DNA of 64,000 nucleotides, from the NCBI RefSeq assembly GCF_009914755.1, contig NC_060942.1; one strand, given 5' to 3'. The translations under genes were made by a program, and so were the position numbers. This stretch comes from the human T2T-CHM13v2.0 reference genome, Homo sapiens. Under the pieces are notes generated by a model. That model searched no databases, was not told the DNA's origin, and worked only from the letters and a program-made list of their open reading frames with translations. Positions 32,150 to 47,153 of this stretch are shown in pieces; the first letter of the stretch is position 1, and each line of letters starts with the position of its first letter.

Positions 32150-33480
32150 GGGGTAGAAAGAAACAACCAGCACTGTGGGGACCAGAAATGATAGAACTGC
32201 CAGATCGAGACTTTAAAATAAGCTTGACAAAGAGATAGGAGGTGATATGAATAACATAAATGAAGAACAGGCAGTTAACAAGAAAAATCATTGGGTTTGA
32301 AATAATAAACTCAGTAGATGGAATAAATAAACTGAATAAAGGTAAATAAAATCTCAGGAGCTGAACAATCAGGTAAAGAAACTTACCAATCATTATTGGG
32401 AATAAAGAGACAAAATATAAAAGAATACATAAAAGTTATGTGAGCTAAGAAGTAAAAGTGTTTGTGGACTAATAAGAGATATCAGAGAAAGAGAAAAAAA
32501 TTAATTGAGAGAAAATATTGGAAAAACAATCCCTAAAAATGTACTGAGTTAAAGAAAGGTGAAAGACTTCTGGAATGACAGCAGAGACAAGAAAGAGAAT
32601 TCATACCTAGATATTAATATATTATAATAAAACTTAAGGACATTAAGGTTGATATGAAAATTCTAGAAGGGCTGGTCAAAAATAATAAATTTCTCCAAAG
32701 CTAAAACAAAAACAAAAACAAAAAAAAAACAAATGGGTTAGCATCAGGCTTCTCAAGAGCATCTTTGAATAAACCACAAGGTAGTATTTTCAAAGCATCA
32801 AAAAAAAAAACCTCCAATGCTTGAACATAAGCAGAAGAGGCAATGGGTATTCATTCAGTATAGTGCAGGATGTCATTCACAGGGCCTCTGGGAGCATCCG
32901 TTCCTATAGGGACATGCGTCTTTGATTGATTATCTATTGAATGATTTCCTTTACGACTCTGCAGGGGTAGAAGTTTGCTTGTAGAAAACTGTGAGAAATG
33001 CAAATGTCATTGTCCACAGTTATGCAAAAAAATTCATCTGGAAGAGATAAAATTAATTTCTTCTGGGTAGAAAAGATAACTCCACACATTACATTTTACT
33101 CCCCTATAGGGATGCATCTATTAGCAAATTGATTTCAGAATGCTTAACTCTGATATGTGTTGTATGTGTTCTTCAAATACTCTTTTGAATCTTGATGGTT
33201 TCCTCATTAATTACTAAGTTGCATAAAATCTTTAGTATGTGTTCATTTCTTATTTGCATGTGAGTCTTTTTTTTTAACTTTTCAAAAATTATACTTTGAA
33301 AAAGAATTAAAGAAAAAGAATGCCAAGCCTATGATTTTGGTACAACTGAATTATTTAAAGGTGAGTAAACAAAAACTATATTCTCAGATACATATAGATT
33401 CAGAAGGATTATCATACAAGGATCTTAAAAGAAAACACTCTTAATAGATGTATACAGGAGGATACAATGAAATATATGAG
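32150..33480 (+). mobile_element. Highly diverged old L1M ORF1 remnant, interrupted by a ~490-bp non-L1 segment
   Basis: A-rich sense L1 text with degenerate ORF1 landmarks (TTCATACCTAGATAT, TTAGCATCAGGCTTCTCAA, TATTTTCAAAG, TATATTCTCAGATA). Confidence 0.45.
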
Positions 33481-33639
33481 AATGGTGAGTAAATAAATTA
33501 GTAGGGTTTTAATGTTGTTTAAGAAAAGAAGAACCTAAAAAGAGTTAAAGAACAACAAAAACAAAAAGTAAAGGAGGAAGGGAGCGAGGATGAATATCTA
33601 TAACAACTCAGAATTTAGAAGCTGGAGGAATATGAAATA

Positions 33640-34580
<941 letters not shown>

Positions 34581-34649
34581 TAAAAGTTTTTTTTTAATGA
34601 GGACAGCATCTTGGAGGTGAAGTAGAGGGAACCAGAGAAAAGTCAGTCA

Positions 34650-35000
<351 letters not shown>

Positions 35001-36119
35001 AAGATAATAAGTATAATAAGTTAGGAGTAACCACACAAAGGATGAAAATAGTTCATGGTTTTTACGACAATAGAAAGATAAATTTAATCTGTCCAGTGAA
35101 AGGCAGAAAAAATTAATTTGATATATAGAAAATAGGAAATAAGAAGGTATAAATAATTCCTAATATTATAGTAGTCATGATAAATAAAATAGGATTAAAT
35201 TAGCCAATCAAAAGATAGAAACTCTCAGATTAAACCTAAAAAAAAAACAGAAAAACTAGATCTAGTAATATATTGTGCACAAAAAAATTTAAATAAAAGT
35301 TTAAAATACATGAATAAAATGATACACCAAATTTTATTTTAACTAAAATACAATCGAGGTAACAAGCTTAATATTAGAAGAAATGGAATGCAAAGAAAAC
35401 AAAATGTTGTTAAGTAAGAGGAATACTGTCTTCTGCTAAAAGGAGCAGTACATAAAAAAACAATGATTATGAACTGATCTATACCTAACAATACAGATTT
35501 TAAAATTTATAAAAACAATTGTCAAAAAACGGGAAGCAATAAATACTTAAAGAAATTTACATTGTAATTTTTTAAACATACCCTTCTCAAAATGATAAAT
35601 ACAACTGGATGAAATATAAGCAGATATATTTAAATTTTAAATAATGCAGTAAACTTCCAGTAATATACATCTAACAAGTCTGCACATTGCACATAATCTT
35701 TTGGTTTCATTTAGTACATTTACTCAGACACACATACACACACACATACACAAAAATTAATCCCCAAAATATTCTTCAAATAAATTCCAAAAAATAACAT
35801 TATAAAATTCTGTTCTCTAATTGTATTGCTTTAAAATTAGAAATAAATAACAAACAGAAAAGTAAATAAATAAATAAATAATATACCTAGGAACAAATTG
35901 CATATTACTAAGCAATATTCTGTTGAAGAAGAAATGAAAAGAAAAATTAAGGAATTGTTTAACCCGAATACCTTGAAAATATTGCATACCAATTTTTGTG
36001 ATAACAGAAAGAGCAATTATTTATAGGGAAATATGTAACTTTAAATAAATTTATCAAAAAACTCAAAATATTATAAACAAATAAACTAAATATCCAACTC
36101 AGAGTTAAAATACAAAGAC

Positions 36120-36235
36120 CAAAAAGGAAAGAAAGAAAAAACAGAAAAGACAGAAGAGAAAGAAAAAGAGAAAGAAGGAAAGAAGGAGAGAAAGAAAGAG
36201 AGGAAGGAAGGAAGGAAGGAAGGAAGGAAGGAAGG
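36120..36235. repeat. Purine-rich tract ending in (GGAA)8
   Basis: A/G-rich run; eight consecutive GGAA units at 36202-36233. Confidence 0.9.
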
Positions 36236-37767
36236 TTGGTTAGTTGGTTTATAGGTTTTGGCTATAGCCAACTAAAAATGGCTGAAAACAACTGGGTGAA
36301 ATGGCCCAGAAAACAACTATAAAGCTTCAAGCTAAAAGGAAATCACACCAGATAGTCACTTCAATCCATAGGAAATGAAGGAAATGGAGAACACTGGAAA
36401 TGGTAAATTTGTAAGTTAATATAAAAAACTCCAAATATATTTCTTCTCATTTCTTCTTTTAACTTCTTTAATGACATGAGATTGCTTAAAGTGATCACTG
36501 TAATATTATATTGTTAGGTTCATAACATATTTATATGTAACAATATGACAACAATGGCTCAGAGAAGGAGGAGATGATGGAGCTACATTGGAGTAAGTTT
36601 CTCATTTTGCCAGAATTAAGTTAGAAGGAGACTGCAATAAAGTAAAATGCATCATTTAATTCATAGAGCAACTGTTTTAAAAACCACAAAATTATTAAAA
36701 ACAAAAATTATTCTTAAATCTACAAATGAATTAAAATTGTACATTAAAAATATTTAGCACAAAATAAAACAGTAAGGGAAGACGGGAGAAGCAGAAAAGA
36801 CAGAAGGCATAAAGAAAATAACAGTAAAATGTCAAGTGTAAATCTCACTGTATGAACAATTATATCAAATGCGAATGTTCAAAAACCCTAATTAACAGGA
36901 AGACACTGTCAAACTGGACAAAACACAGATCCAAATATATTCTGTCTACAAAGGATACACCTTAAATTCAAACATGTAAATAGACTGAAAATAAGTAGAT
37001 AAAAAAAGGTATACAATGCAAACTGCAGCTGTAAGAAAGCTAGAATGGCTATGTTAATACTAAATTGATTTTAAGACAAATAGTTTTAAAGATAAAAAGA
37101 AACACTTTATAATGATAAAAGGATCAATATATCAGGAAGATATAACAACATATGCATACCTAAACACAGTTTCAAAATACACGAAATACAATCTGACAGA
37201 ATTGAAAGAAATACACGGATGATTCTAGTAATGATTAGAATCTTCAACCACAATAATTGTTGAAGATTTCAGTATCCTGCTCCCAATCATTATTAGAATA
37301 TTAAGAGAGAAATCATCAAGAATATAGAAGATGTGAAAAGCACTATCAACTAGTTCCATCACATTGACACTTATAGAACATGCCACACAACAACTACAAA
37401 ACACATAATCTTTGCAAGCACGTATGGAAAACTCTCCAGCATAGAGCATATGCTGGTTCAAAAAACAAGTTTCCAAAAATTTAAATAGTTTGAAATTATA
37501 CAAAGTGTGTTCTCAAATTACAATGGTATTAACACTGGATAGAAATTTGTCTGTAGCAATAGAAAGAAAATCTGGAAAATCTTCATATATTGGAAAACTA
37601 AGCAACATGCTTCTAAATACTCCACAAGTCAAAGAAATCATAAGGGACATTAGAGAATATTTTGAAGTGAATAAAAGTTTTTAAAATATCAAATTTATGG
37701 GATGGAGCTAAAGAAGTAATTACAGGGAAATTAGAACTTTAAACCTTATATCATAAAAGAAAAAGGT

Positions 37768-38064
<297 letters not shown>

Positions 38065-39177
38065 GTAACAAATAAATAACCTAAGCTTCTACCTTAAGAA
38101 TCTAGGAAAAGAAGAGCAAATTAAACCCAAAGTACACAGAAGAAACAAGTAGTAAATTAGAGCAAAAATCAATGAAATAGAAAACAGACTGTAGGAAAAT
38201 ATCAATGAAATTAAAAGTGTGTTCTTTTAAAAAAAATCTAAAAAAAATAACAAATCTTTCACAAGACCAGGAGGAAAATAAAGAAGACAAAAATTAGCAA
38301 AATTGGAAAAAGAAAGAGGATGTCATTAAGGAAACTGGAGAAATTTAAAAGATTATAAGAGAATATATGAACCATGATATGTTAACAAATGAGACAACTG
38401 AGATGAAGTGGGCAAAATCTAGAAATACAACTATCAAAACTGACTGAAGAAGAATGTATATTCTAACATAAGCCTATAACAAGAAAATAACAACCCAATA
38501 CAAGAAAAGAATGTGAAATGGTAATAAAAAAATTTCCCACAAAGAGAAACCAAGGCCCAGGTGACTTCATTGTCAAATTTTAGCAAATATTTAAAGCAAT
38601 AATACCAATCCTCCACAATTTCAGAAAATAGAGAAGATTTTTCAAATCATTTAATGAGTAGTACTTCCTAGTATACTACTACTATCTACTAACATTACAA
38701 AGCTGTAAAAAGACAAGACAAGAAAACTACAAATCAATATTCCTCATTAACATAGACAGCAATGCTTATTACATATACATATTAGCGAACCAAATCCAGT
38801 AACATATAAAAAGGACTACACATTTTGATCAAGTGATATTTTCCCAAGAATGGAAGGTTGGTTTAACATTTGAACATCAATTACTATGATAAACTATATT
38901 AACAGACAAAAAGACAAAAAACACATGATCATCTTAATAGATGCAGGAAATGTACTTGGCAAAATCTAAAATCCATTCATGATAACAAGTTTCAGCAAAA
39001 TAGGAATGGAAGGGAACTTCATCAGCCTGGTCAAGGGTAACTATGAGAAACCAACAGGTAGTATCATATTTATTGCTGAAAGGCAGATTGCTTTGGTCCC
39101 TAAGTTTTAGAACAAGATCAGAAACTTCTATTCAACACTGAACTGGATGGTTTTAGTCAATGCAGTAAGATAAGTAT

Positions 39178-39424
39178 AAAAAGAAAGAGGAGAAGAAGGA
39201 GAAAGAAAGAGATGTGGAAGAAGAAGGAAGAGAGAGGAGAAGGAAAGGAAGAAGAGGAGGACTGAAGAGGAAAAAGCAAAAGAAATGGATAGAAAAAAAT
39301 AGAGTCATCTAATTTGGAAATAAAGAAGTAAAACTATCTTATAATCTTGGATGTAGAAAATCCCAAAGAAATTCTCTATTTCTATCTCTCTCTCTCTCTC
39401 TCTCCCACACACACACACACACAC
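39178..39424. repeat. GA-rich low-complexity tract plus a (CT)n(CA)n microsatellite
   Basis: GA-rich at 39178-39300; (CT)n then (CA)n at ~39386-39424. Confidence 0.85.
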
Positions 39425-40637
39425 TGTTAGAACAAATAAATGAGTTTATCAAAGTCATGAAACCCAAAATCACTATACAAAAATAAATTACACTTATATG
39501 TTATTTTTGTACTATAAATTTTTATAGAAATATAAAATGACAAAATTAGTGCATGATGAAACAGAATAGGTGTGTTTGAAAGTTTATTAAAGCTCACACA
39601 TAGATGAAGGAATTCAGGGGTAATGGCTATAATTACTGCTTCAATATTTCTTAAGTTTTTTTGCCACTATCATTGTGCTTTCATTATTTTGGGCTTGTGA
39701 GATGTTAATTTCTGCCCCCCAAATAACCTATAAATTATCAATATAATCCCAACCAACATTCCAGAATAAAATTTTTGAAGAATTTCTCAAACTCATATTA
39801 AAATACATAAAGGTCTGCAAATAGCTAAGTAAACTTTTTAAAAGAAGAGTAAGCAGAGAGGACTCTCCCTATGTGATATTAAAACATACTACAAATTAGT
39901 GTAACAAAAGTCATATTGTGCTAGCACAGAGACAGAGACATATTCCCATAGGATAAAAGAGAGAGCTCACAGATTTGCCTGTAATTTTACAAGAAAAATA
40001 GAAAACAAACAGGTAATTAATGATAGAAAAACTTCATATACTCTGCAAGGAAAAAAACAGGTGTATTTCTATTTTACACCACATACAAATTAAAGACCTA
40101 TATGTAAACTGTAAAACTAAAAGGCTAATAGATGTAAATGCACTGGAATCACTTTATGACCTAGGTGTGGAGGGGGAAAACTTCTTTAAAAGTACAAAAA
40201 CACAAACCATGTGGGAAAAGCTGGCAGATGAGAGTCTGCAAAATATAATACCTATGATATATAAAGAGCACCTACAAATCAACAAGCAAAAATACACTTA
40301 ATAGGAAAATGGGCAAAGGATAGAAATATACAATTCATAGAGGAGCCCAGATGGCTAAGAAATATATGAACTGTTACTTGATCTCATACAAGTAATCAAA
40401 GAAATACGGAATAAATAGTGTATAATTTTACAACCATCAAAATGGTAAAGTTTTAGTAAGACAGATAATATCATATACTATATAGGTGAGAAAGATGGGA
40501 GGTAGAAATTCTGTGCACAACTGGTGAAATGGAAACTGTTATCACAGCTCTCAAATGCAAAGTGGTACAATTTTGTTAAAGAAAGTATATATATATATGC
40601 TCCAGGATCCAGTAGTCTCACTCCTAGCTATAATTCC

Positions 40638-40643
<6 letters not shown>

Positions 40644-40682
<39 letters not shown>
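40644..40682. repeat. (CA)~19 microsatellite
   Basis: Uninterrupted AC run. Confidence 0.95.
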
Positions 40683-40683
<1 letters not shown>

Positions 40684-40760
40684 CTCAAACAGATTTGTAA
40701 GACTCACGTACTAGCCTATCCATCTGTTTGGGTAGCAGGATGTAAAGGTATCCCAATGTC

Positions 40761-41208
40761 TGTGGTAGGTTGTTACAGCAACAGCTCCTGATGAATTGCA
40801 CCTCCCTGTATGCATACCCATCTTTACACACTCTCAGGTTGGCCACTTGAATTGCTTTTGCCGATAAGATATTAGCAAACATGATATAGCAGAGGCTTGA
40901 AAGTTCTTGTACATGGGGGTGTGTAAAGGAGCCAAAGCTACTTGCTAGACACTGGTGACACACAGTCCAGAAGAGAGTCCAGAAGATAGCCAGCACTTGC
41001 CTCCAGACATGTTACTGAGGAGCTGCCTGAGATGATCCAACCCCTGCCGAGCAACCAGATGGCCACAGGCATATGAGAGACCCTGGGCCAGGCTGGAAGA
41101 ACTGCTCAGCTCTCAAACCGTAGTCCCACAGAATCATGAGCAAGTAAAGTGTCATCTTCAGGCACAAACCTTTGGGGCGTTTTGTGATGCAGCAAGAAAC
41201 AATTGTGC
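40761..41208 (+). mobile_element. MLT1G/H-like solo LTR
   Basis: TGTGGTAGGTTG..ATATTAGCAAACATGATATAGCAGAGGCTTGAAAG..GAAGAACTGCTCAGCT..CCCACAGAATCATGAGCAA..TTTTGTGATGCAGCAA. Confidence 0.65.
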
Positions 41209-41713
41209 TATCATTATGGGAAATGAATAAGAAACGTGTGGAAAAATATAGACTGTGGATTATGATGCTGTGGTCAAAAAAGACCCAAACTAGGTATATA
41301 CTCAGCAGTATGAATAGTCTACCAAAAAAAAGTGAAGAGAAAAAAGGAGTAAGAATGAGATTCATAAATTAACACCATTTAGGTGAATTGAAAACAGAAA
41401 ACTCACCATCTACAAGGGTACACATCTGTTTAAGGGTAATCAACAAGAATGGGAATCTAGGGGAGGGCAGCAGGAGTCAAGACAGCTGAGGAAGAGTAGA
41501 AATTCCACAATGTGGCATAATGTAACATGACTTGATGTAATCTCACTCATAATACAGCATAACAAAGAAAGGACCCTTGCAGGGGCCCATTACAAGTCCA
41601 TTATGACCTGAAGAATCAGGTTAATCCCACTCTCTACAACTAATCAAAAATATATTTTTAAAGGGATTCTGAACTCAGATTCCTTTGCAAGTGTCTTTAA
41701 GTTCTCATTCTAC

Positions 41714-42307
41714 TGTAAGCCATAAATAAAATTCTAAGTCCCCCAACCATCTGAATGGATCCCTTCCCTTGGCCAAGCGCACTCCAAAGTTAACCTGAAA
41801 AACTAGATCAGGCCACGATGGGAATGGGGAGCCAGACGTACCTCATTTGTACCCCCCTTTCCTTTTAGAATTACTGATAGAACAGACTCTTTAAGTCTGA
41901 TAATAAACATTTGAAATCTATTCTCTCTGAAGCCTGCTACCTAGAGGCTTCATCTGCATGATAAAACCTTGGTCTTCACAACTCCTTATCATAACCCAGA
42001 CATTCCTTTCTATTGATAATAACTCTTTCAACCAATTGCTAATCAGTAAAACGTTTAAAACCACCTATGATCTGGAAGCCCCTGCTTTGAGTAGTCCCGC
42101 CTTTCTAGACTGAACTAACGTACACCTTACATGCCTTGATTGACATCCCATGTCTCCCTAAAATGTATAAAATCAAGCTGTACCCCCAAACACCTTGGGC
42201 ACATGTCATCAGGACCTCCTGAGGCTGTATCACAGGCACATCCTTAACCGTGGCAAAATAAATTTTCTAAATTGATTGAGACCTGTCTCAGATACTTTTG
42301 GTTTACA
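41714..42307 (+). mobile_element. MER4(A)-like ERV1 solo LTR
   Basis: TGTAAGCCATAAATAAAATTCTAAG..CTTTAAGTCTGAT..GGACCTCCTGAGGCTGT..CTCAGATACTTTTGGTTTACA. Perfect 4-bp TSD CTAC at 41710-41713 and 42308-42311. Confidence 0.85.
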
Positions 42308-43802
42308 CTACTTTCAAGAAAGCAAAGTTGAACACAGTAGATGATGAAATATGGCCATGGTTTATGCAAGAAAGATGACACAGAATTAAACACTATACTC
42401 AGAGAATAAACCTTGGTTCTTCATCTAAATATTGGCAAATGAAACCATGTACTTATGTTTGAAGTTAAAATAAATTCATGCACGTATGCAGCATTTCCTT
42501 ATGATTCCCCATTTAACTGATGCTTTTAATTAACTACCCAAATATTGGAGTACTTCAGGTACAGGGGCTTCTTCTGCATTTACTATTGCATAGCACAGAC
42601 TTTGAGAAGTGGATTGCATTGTGAACATCTTCCTTGTGTCACGTGAAGCCAGTCTAACACTGAAGAAAATGGGTGTTCCTCCTTTCATTCATCTGGAGGT
42701 GGAGAAATGAAGTTGATCTTAGACTGGTATCAAGGAGGACCTGGCCTTTCTCTCTGGAGGCTGAAGACACTCATGAAGGGGAGAGGAGAAGTGAAGAAAC
42801 TGATCTTCGAGAGCAGTGAATGATGTCCTTCCAGCATGGTGGAAAAGCAAGGCTTAGGGACGAACAGCTTGATCTTAGCCCTCCGAGAAGGACCACGACA
42901 GATTCCAGGTTCACTGGGAGCTTCTAATGAGCTTTATGTTTTCCTTTTCAGAATCACAAGGGCCTTCCTTCACTCTTGTACCTTCAATAAAATCAGTGAA
43001 ACGCTGCAGGCTGGAACTGGCTGAGTTTGCAGGAATCAAGACAGGAGCTGTGTGCATATTGGAGCTGAAGTTGTCCAATCACGACATGGTCCAGGGAGGT
43101 ACTTGGGGCAGAAACCCAGAACAAAGGGTTATAGCTGGAAACCAGACCAAATGGGCAAAACACACAAACTTGCCCCAGAGGCCACAGAAATAAACACTTA
43201 GAGAAAGGCCTGTGCCCTTATCATGGAGCGCAGCGTTCCTCCCATGTCAACTGAGGCTTACAGGGAAGACTACGGGGTGGGCAGCATGCAACAGAGCCAG
43301 CCCTTCCTTCTGCTTGACAGCCAGCTGACCACCCTACTCTGGGAAAGGCTCCTCTTCCACTCAGCCAGCAGAGTTCTGCCCCTGCCTCCATCCCTGCCAT
43401 CAGCCAGAGATGGACCTCCCAGGATATTACCTGAAAAGGGAGAGAGAATTTTGCCTTGTCTCTTGCTGAGGAGCCCCAAGGTTGTGATTTCAAAGTGGCC
43501 AGCAGTTCTATCCCCCAACACTTGGGACGGTTGAGAAAACAAGCAGGGACAGGAAAAAACAGAAAAGGAAACAGCTGACAAAGACCCCCCTGCTCTTTTT
43601 GCTCTGATTCATGGCTGGCAGCCCACAGTCCACTCCTGCATGCCTTGCCAGGGTGGGGCTGTATCCCTCTTCGTTTGATTCCTAGGACACCCAGGGTCCT
43701 GCTGGTAAACTCCTCCTTGGTTTAGTTGGTTTTTCAGACATCTCCTTGAGGAAAGGAATATCCAGAAATGTTAGAGGGAGCTTGCTAACCGTCAACAAGG
43801 CA

Positions 43803-44715
43803 CATTCACTTCCTGGGGCTCCTGGAACAGAATATCACACCTGGGTGGCCTGAAACAGTGGTCCCCAAGCTTTTTGGCACCAGTTTTGTGGAAAAAATTT
43901 TTCCACGGATCAGTGTTGGTGGTGATGGTTTGAGGATGATTAAAGCACATTACATTTGTTGTCTACTTTATTTCTATTATTATCACATTGTAATATGTAA
44001 TGAAGTAATTATACAACTCACCATCATGTAGAATCAGTGGGAACCTTGAGCTTGTTTTCCTGCAACTAGACAGCCCCATCTGAGGATGATGGGAGACAGT
44101 GACTGATTATCAGGCATTAGATTCTCATAAGGAGAGTGCAACGTAGATCCCTGGCATGCACTTTTGATAATAGTGTTTGCACTACTATGAGAATCTAATG
44201 CTGCCACTGATCTGACAGGAGGTGGAGCTCAGGTGGTAATGTGAGCAACAGTGAGTGGCTCTAAATACAAATGAATCTTCACTCACTCATCTGCTGTTCA
44301 CCTCCCATTGTGCAACCCAGATCCTGACAGGCCATGAAGTGGTACTGGTCTGTGGCCCAGGGGTTGGGGACCCCTGGCTGAAAACAATGCAAATATATCC
44401 TCTCCCAGTTCTGGAGGCCAGAAGTCCAAGATCAAGGTTTCGCAGGGCTGGTTCCTTCTGAAGGTCATGAGAAAAGGACCTGTTCTGAGTGCTCTCCTCG
44501 GCTTGGCAATGGCCATCTTCTCCCTGTGTCTTCCCTTCATCTTCCCTCTGGGACTCTCTGTCTCTGTGTCCAGATTTCCCTTTTTCATAAGAACATGACC
44601 ATGTTGGATAAAGTCCCATTCAATGACCTCATCTTCACTTGTTCACTTCTGCAAAGACCCTATTTCCAAATAAGGTCACATGCACAGGTACTGGGGATTA
44701 GGGCTTTGATGTCTC
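43803..44715 (-). mobile_element. MLT1(B/C)-like LTR split by MER1A
   Basis: AACAGAATATCACACCTGGGTGGC | AAAACAATGCAAATATATCCTCTCCCAGTTCTGGAGGCCAGAAGTCCAAGATCAAGG..AAAGACCCTATTTCCAAATAAGGTCACA. Confidence 0.75.
43856..44376 (+). mobile_element. MER1A (hAT-Charlie) DNA transposon
   Basis: TIRs CAGTGGTCCCCAA..TTGGGGACCCCTG; internal GCATTAGATTCTCATAAGGAG; 521 bp; degenerate 8-bp TSD GCCTGAAA/GCTGAAAA. Confidence 0.88.
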
Positions 44716-45493
44716 CTGGCCCCATGTCCTCACATCTCTCACCGTGCAATGACCTCCCTGTTTCTGCAATGACCTCCCTGTTTGTTTCTGCATGTCCTCA
44801 CTTGTCCTCGCAGCCCAGGTGGCCTCTTCCACTCACTCCTCTCTCGTAGGCTCTGCTTGCCTTCCCTGGAAAGACATTCTCCAGCCTTGCCCTCACTCTT
44901 TGAAGACCCCCCGGCCTTCAGTGAGCAAAGAAGGATGTCGTCACCCCCTGCACAGACTGGGTAAGGACTCTAAAGAAGTCCTGCAGTGTTCTCATCACTG
45001 CCCCCAAAACACAAAATAGCTGCCACTTTTCAAAGGAAATGAGCCGTCTACCTCTGATTTTGCCTCCCCTCCTGGCTGAGCCATCCCTCTTTTCTGGTTC
45101 CTCTCGGCCTAGCATATTGCCCAAATGGCTTGGCATCCATCCAACAAGGAAGGCATGAAAAAAACCCTCATAGCTAAAATGTACACAAAGTCAGAAGACA
45201 GGCTCTGTCCCTGCACTGAAGAAGGTCCTGGGGAGAAGCAGAGGTCACAAGCTCTCAGAAGTGGCTGTGGTTCACAGGCAGATGTCCTATCTCCATGCTG
45301 GCCAGGCACCCACATGAGCAGGAAGGTTTGAGTCTCGCTGAGTGTGTGCCCTGGGCCATGACATCTGGAGGACATGAGCCTACCAGGAAGTGGGAAGAGC
45401 CATCGAGGCAAGCAGGTGCCAGGAAACACCCAGGGCCAACAGTTGCCTGTGAAGAGGAAAGGAGATGGCAGCCCAGGAGAACAGAAGGGCAAG

Positions 45494-46064
45494 GTGTGTG
45501 GTCCATCACACTGAGATTTAATCTGCAGAGGTGACTGCACAACACAGACAGGTCAATGCCCTTGAAGGAAGGATTCTTACTTGCAGCTCCTAAGACAAGG
45601 GGCCACAGGATGCAGCACAGGGCCATGGGCGGAAGGAAGCATCAGGGCGGTCAGGAGGCAGCAGACGTGGAGGGAGAGGACAGCCCCATGCCCGCACTGT
45701 GTGGGCAACAGGAAGGAGTGGGTGTGGCAGGAGAGGCAAGTGTGAGCAAGAACAAGTCTAGGATTGGACAGTTTGAGTTATAGTGGACTCTAGGGGCAGG
45801 GTGATCCTCAGTTCAGTGCCTGGCCCTGGGGTGGTTCAGGGCAGGAGAAATGCTGGCTGGGGGTGTGAGAGGCAGATCAAGGACGTAGGTGGGATACAGG
45901 CTTTGGGTTGTTGGTTTTCGTATGAAAGGCACACCCTCAGGGCAGTCATTTGCTGTCTCTAGGAACTCGCCAGCCCTGGGAAGGGCTGTCTCATCCCAAC
46001 AACCAAAGCTCCCAAGACGCTGAAGCATCATAAAACACAGAAAATAAAACCCATGATGAATACA
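45494..46064 (-). mobile_element. MER74-like ERVL solo LTR
   Basis: Minus strand begins TGTATTCATCATGGGTTTTATTTTCTGTG..CCCTTCCCAGGGCTGGCGAGTTCCTAGAGACAGCAAATGAC. Far boundary approximate. Confidence 0.6.
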
Positions 46065-46120
46065 GTGTGGAAATGTCTCAAATATCCTCTCAGAACTTAT
46101 ACATTTGATCAACTTTGTAT

Positions 46121-46193
46121 CAGTGAGCCAAGATCATGCCATTGCACTCCAGCCTGGGCAACAAGAGAGAGACTTTGTCTCAAAAAAAAAAAA
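46121..46193 (+). mobile_element. Severely 5'-truncated Alu (last ~60 nt plus A tail)
   Basis: CAGTGAGCCAAGATCATGCCATTGCACTCCAGCCTGGGCAACAAGAG..CTC(A)n. Confidence 0.85.
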
Positions 46194-46248
46194 TTATTAT
46201 TCCCAAAAATAACAGAAAAAAAATTACTGCTCTGTGTATGTAATGGAC

Positions 46249-46655
46249 TGGTATGGTTGAATCTGTGTCCCCGCCCAAATCTCATGTCGAATTGTAATCC
46301 CCAGGGTTGGAAGTGGGGCCTGGTGGGAGGTGACTGGATCATGGAGGTGGAGTTTTCATGATGGTTTAGCAGCCTCCTCCCTTGGTACTGTATCGCGATA
46401 GAGTTCTCACAAGATCTGGTGTTTAAAAGTGTGTAGCACCTCCCCTCCCCCTTCCTCCTGCTCCTGGCTGTGTAAAGTGCCAGCTTCCTGTTCGCCTTCC
46501 GCCATGATTCTAAGTTTTCTGAGGCCTCCCCAGAAGCTGATGCCACCATGCTTCCTGTACAGCCTGCAGAACCATGAGCCAACGAAATCTCTTTTCTATA
46601 TATATTACCCAATCTCAAGTATTTCTTTATAGCAGTGTGAAAATGGACTAACACA
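46249..46655 (+). mobile_element. MSTA-like solo LTR
   Basis: TGGTATGGTTGAATCTGTGTCCCCGCCCAAATCTCATGTCGAATTGTAATCCCCA..AATGGACTAACACA. Confidence 0.85.
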
Positions 46656-47153
46656 CATACTCTCTTCATGAATGCCAGATTGTTCTAAGAATCTACATGT
46701 TACCATGTCACAACCTGCTTAAAACTCTCATGTCCTCCCCTAAGGTTGAACTCTTTAGGAACACACACACAGGCCCTCCCATCCTGGCCCGATGAAGACA
46801 TTCAGCTCCAACCCCTGCCATTCAAGAATATCACACTATTTGCCTGCGATCTCTATGCAATCATATCAAATAAAACCCTTACATTATCCCGTAGCACACA
46901 CCAGGCAGTCGGCTAAGCATTCACAGGAATTACTTGATTTAATCCTTCAGACAATATGCCCATTTTACATGAAAGGAAGTCAAGGCCCAAGAGCTCAAGT
47001 CACTTGGCTCTGTCACATACTTAGGAAGTGAGGGTGTTGGATTTGAAGCCGGCCAGTGCCTTTTGGAGCCATGGCTTGAGCATTCCCACTCTACAGCCTC
47101 TCTGGGCCTTGAGCCCCTTTGTTCTCCCTCATATCCTTCCCTGGCCCCCTCAC

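Noticed and set aside
42830-43600. Overlapping short ORFs in unique sequence
   Set aside because: No homology I recognise; present on both strands at chance-level lengths.
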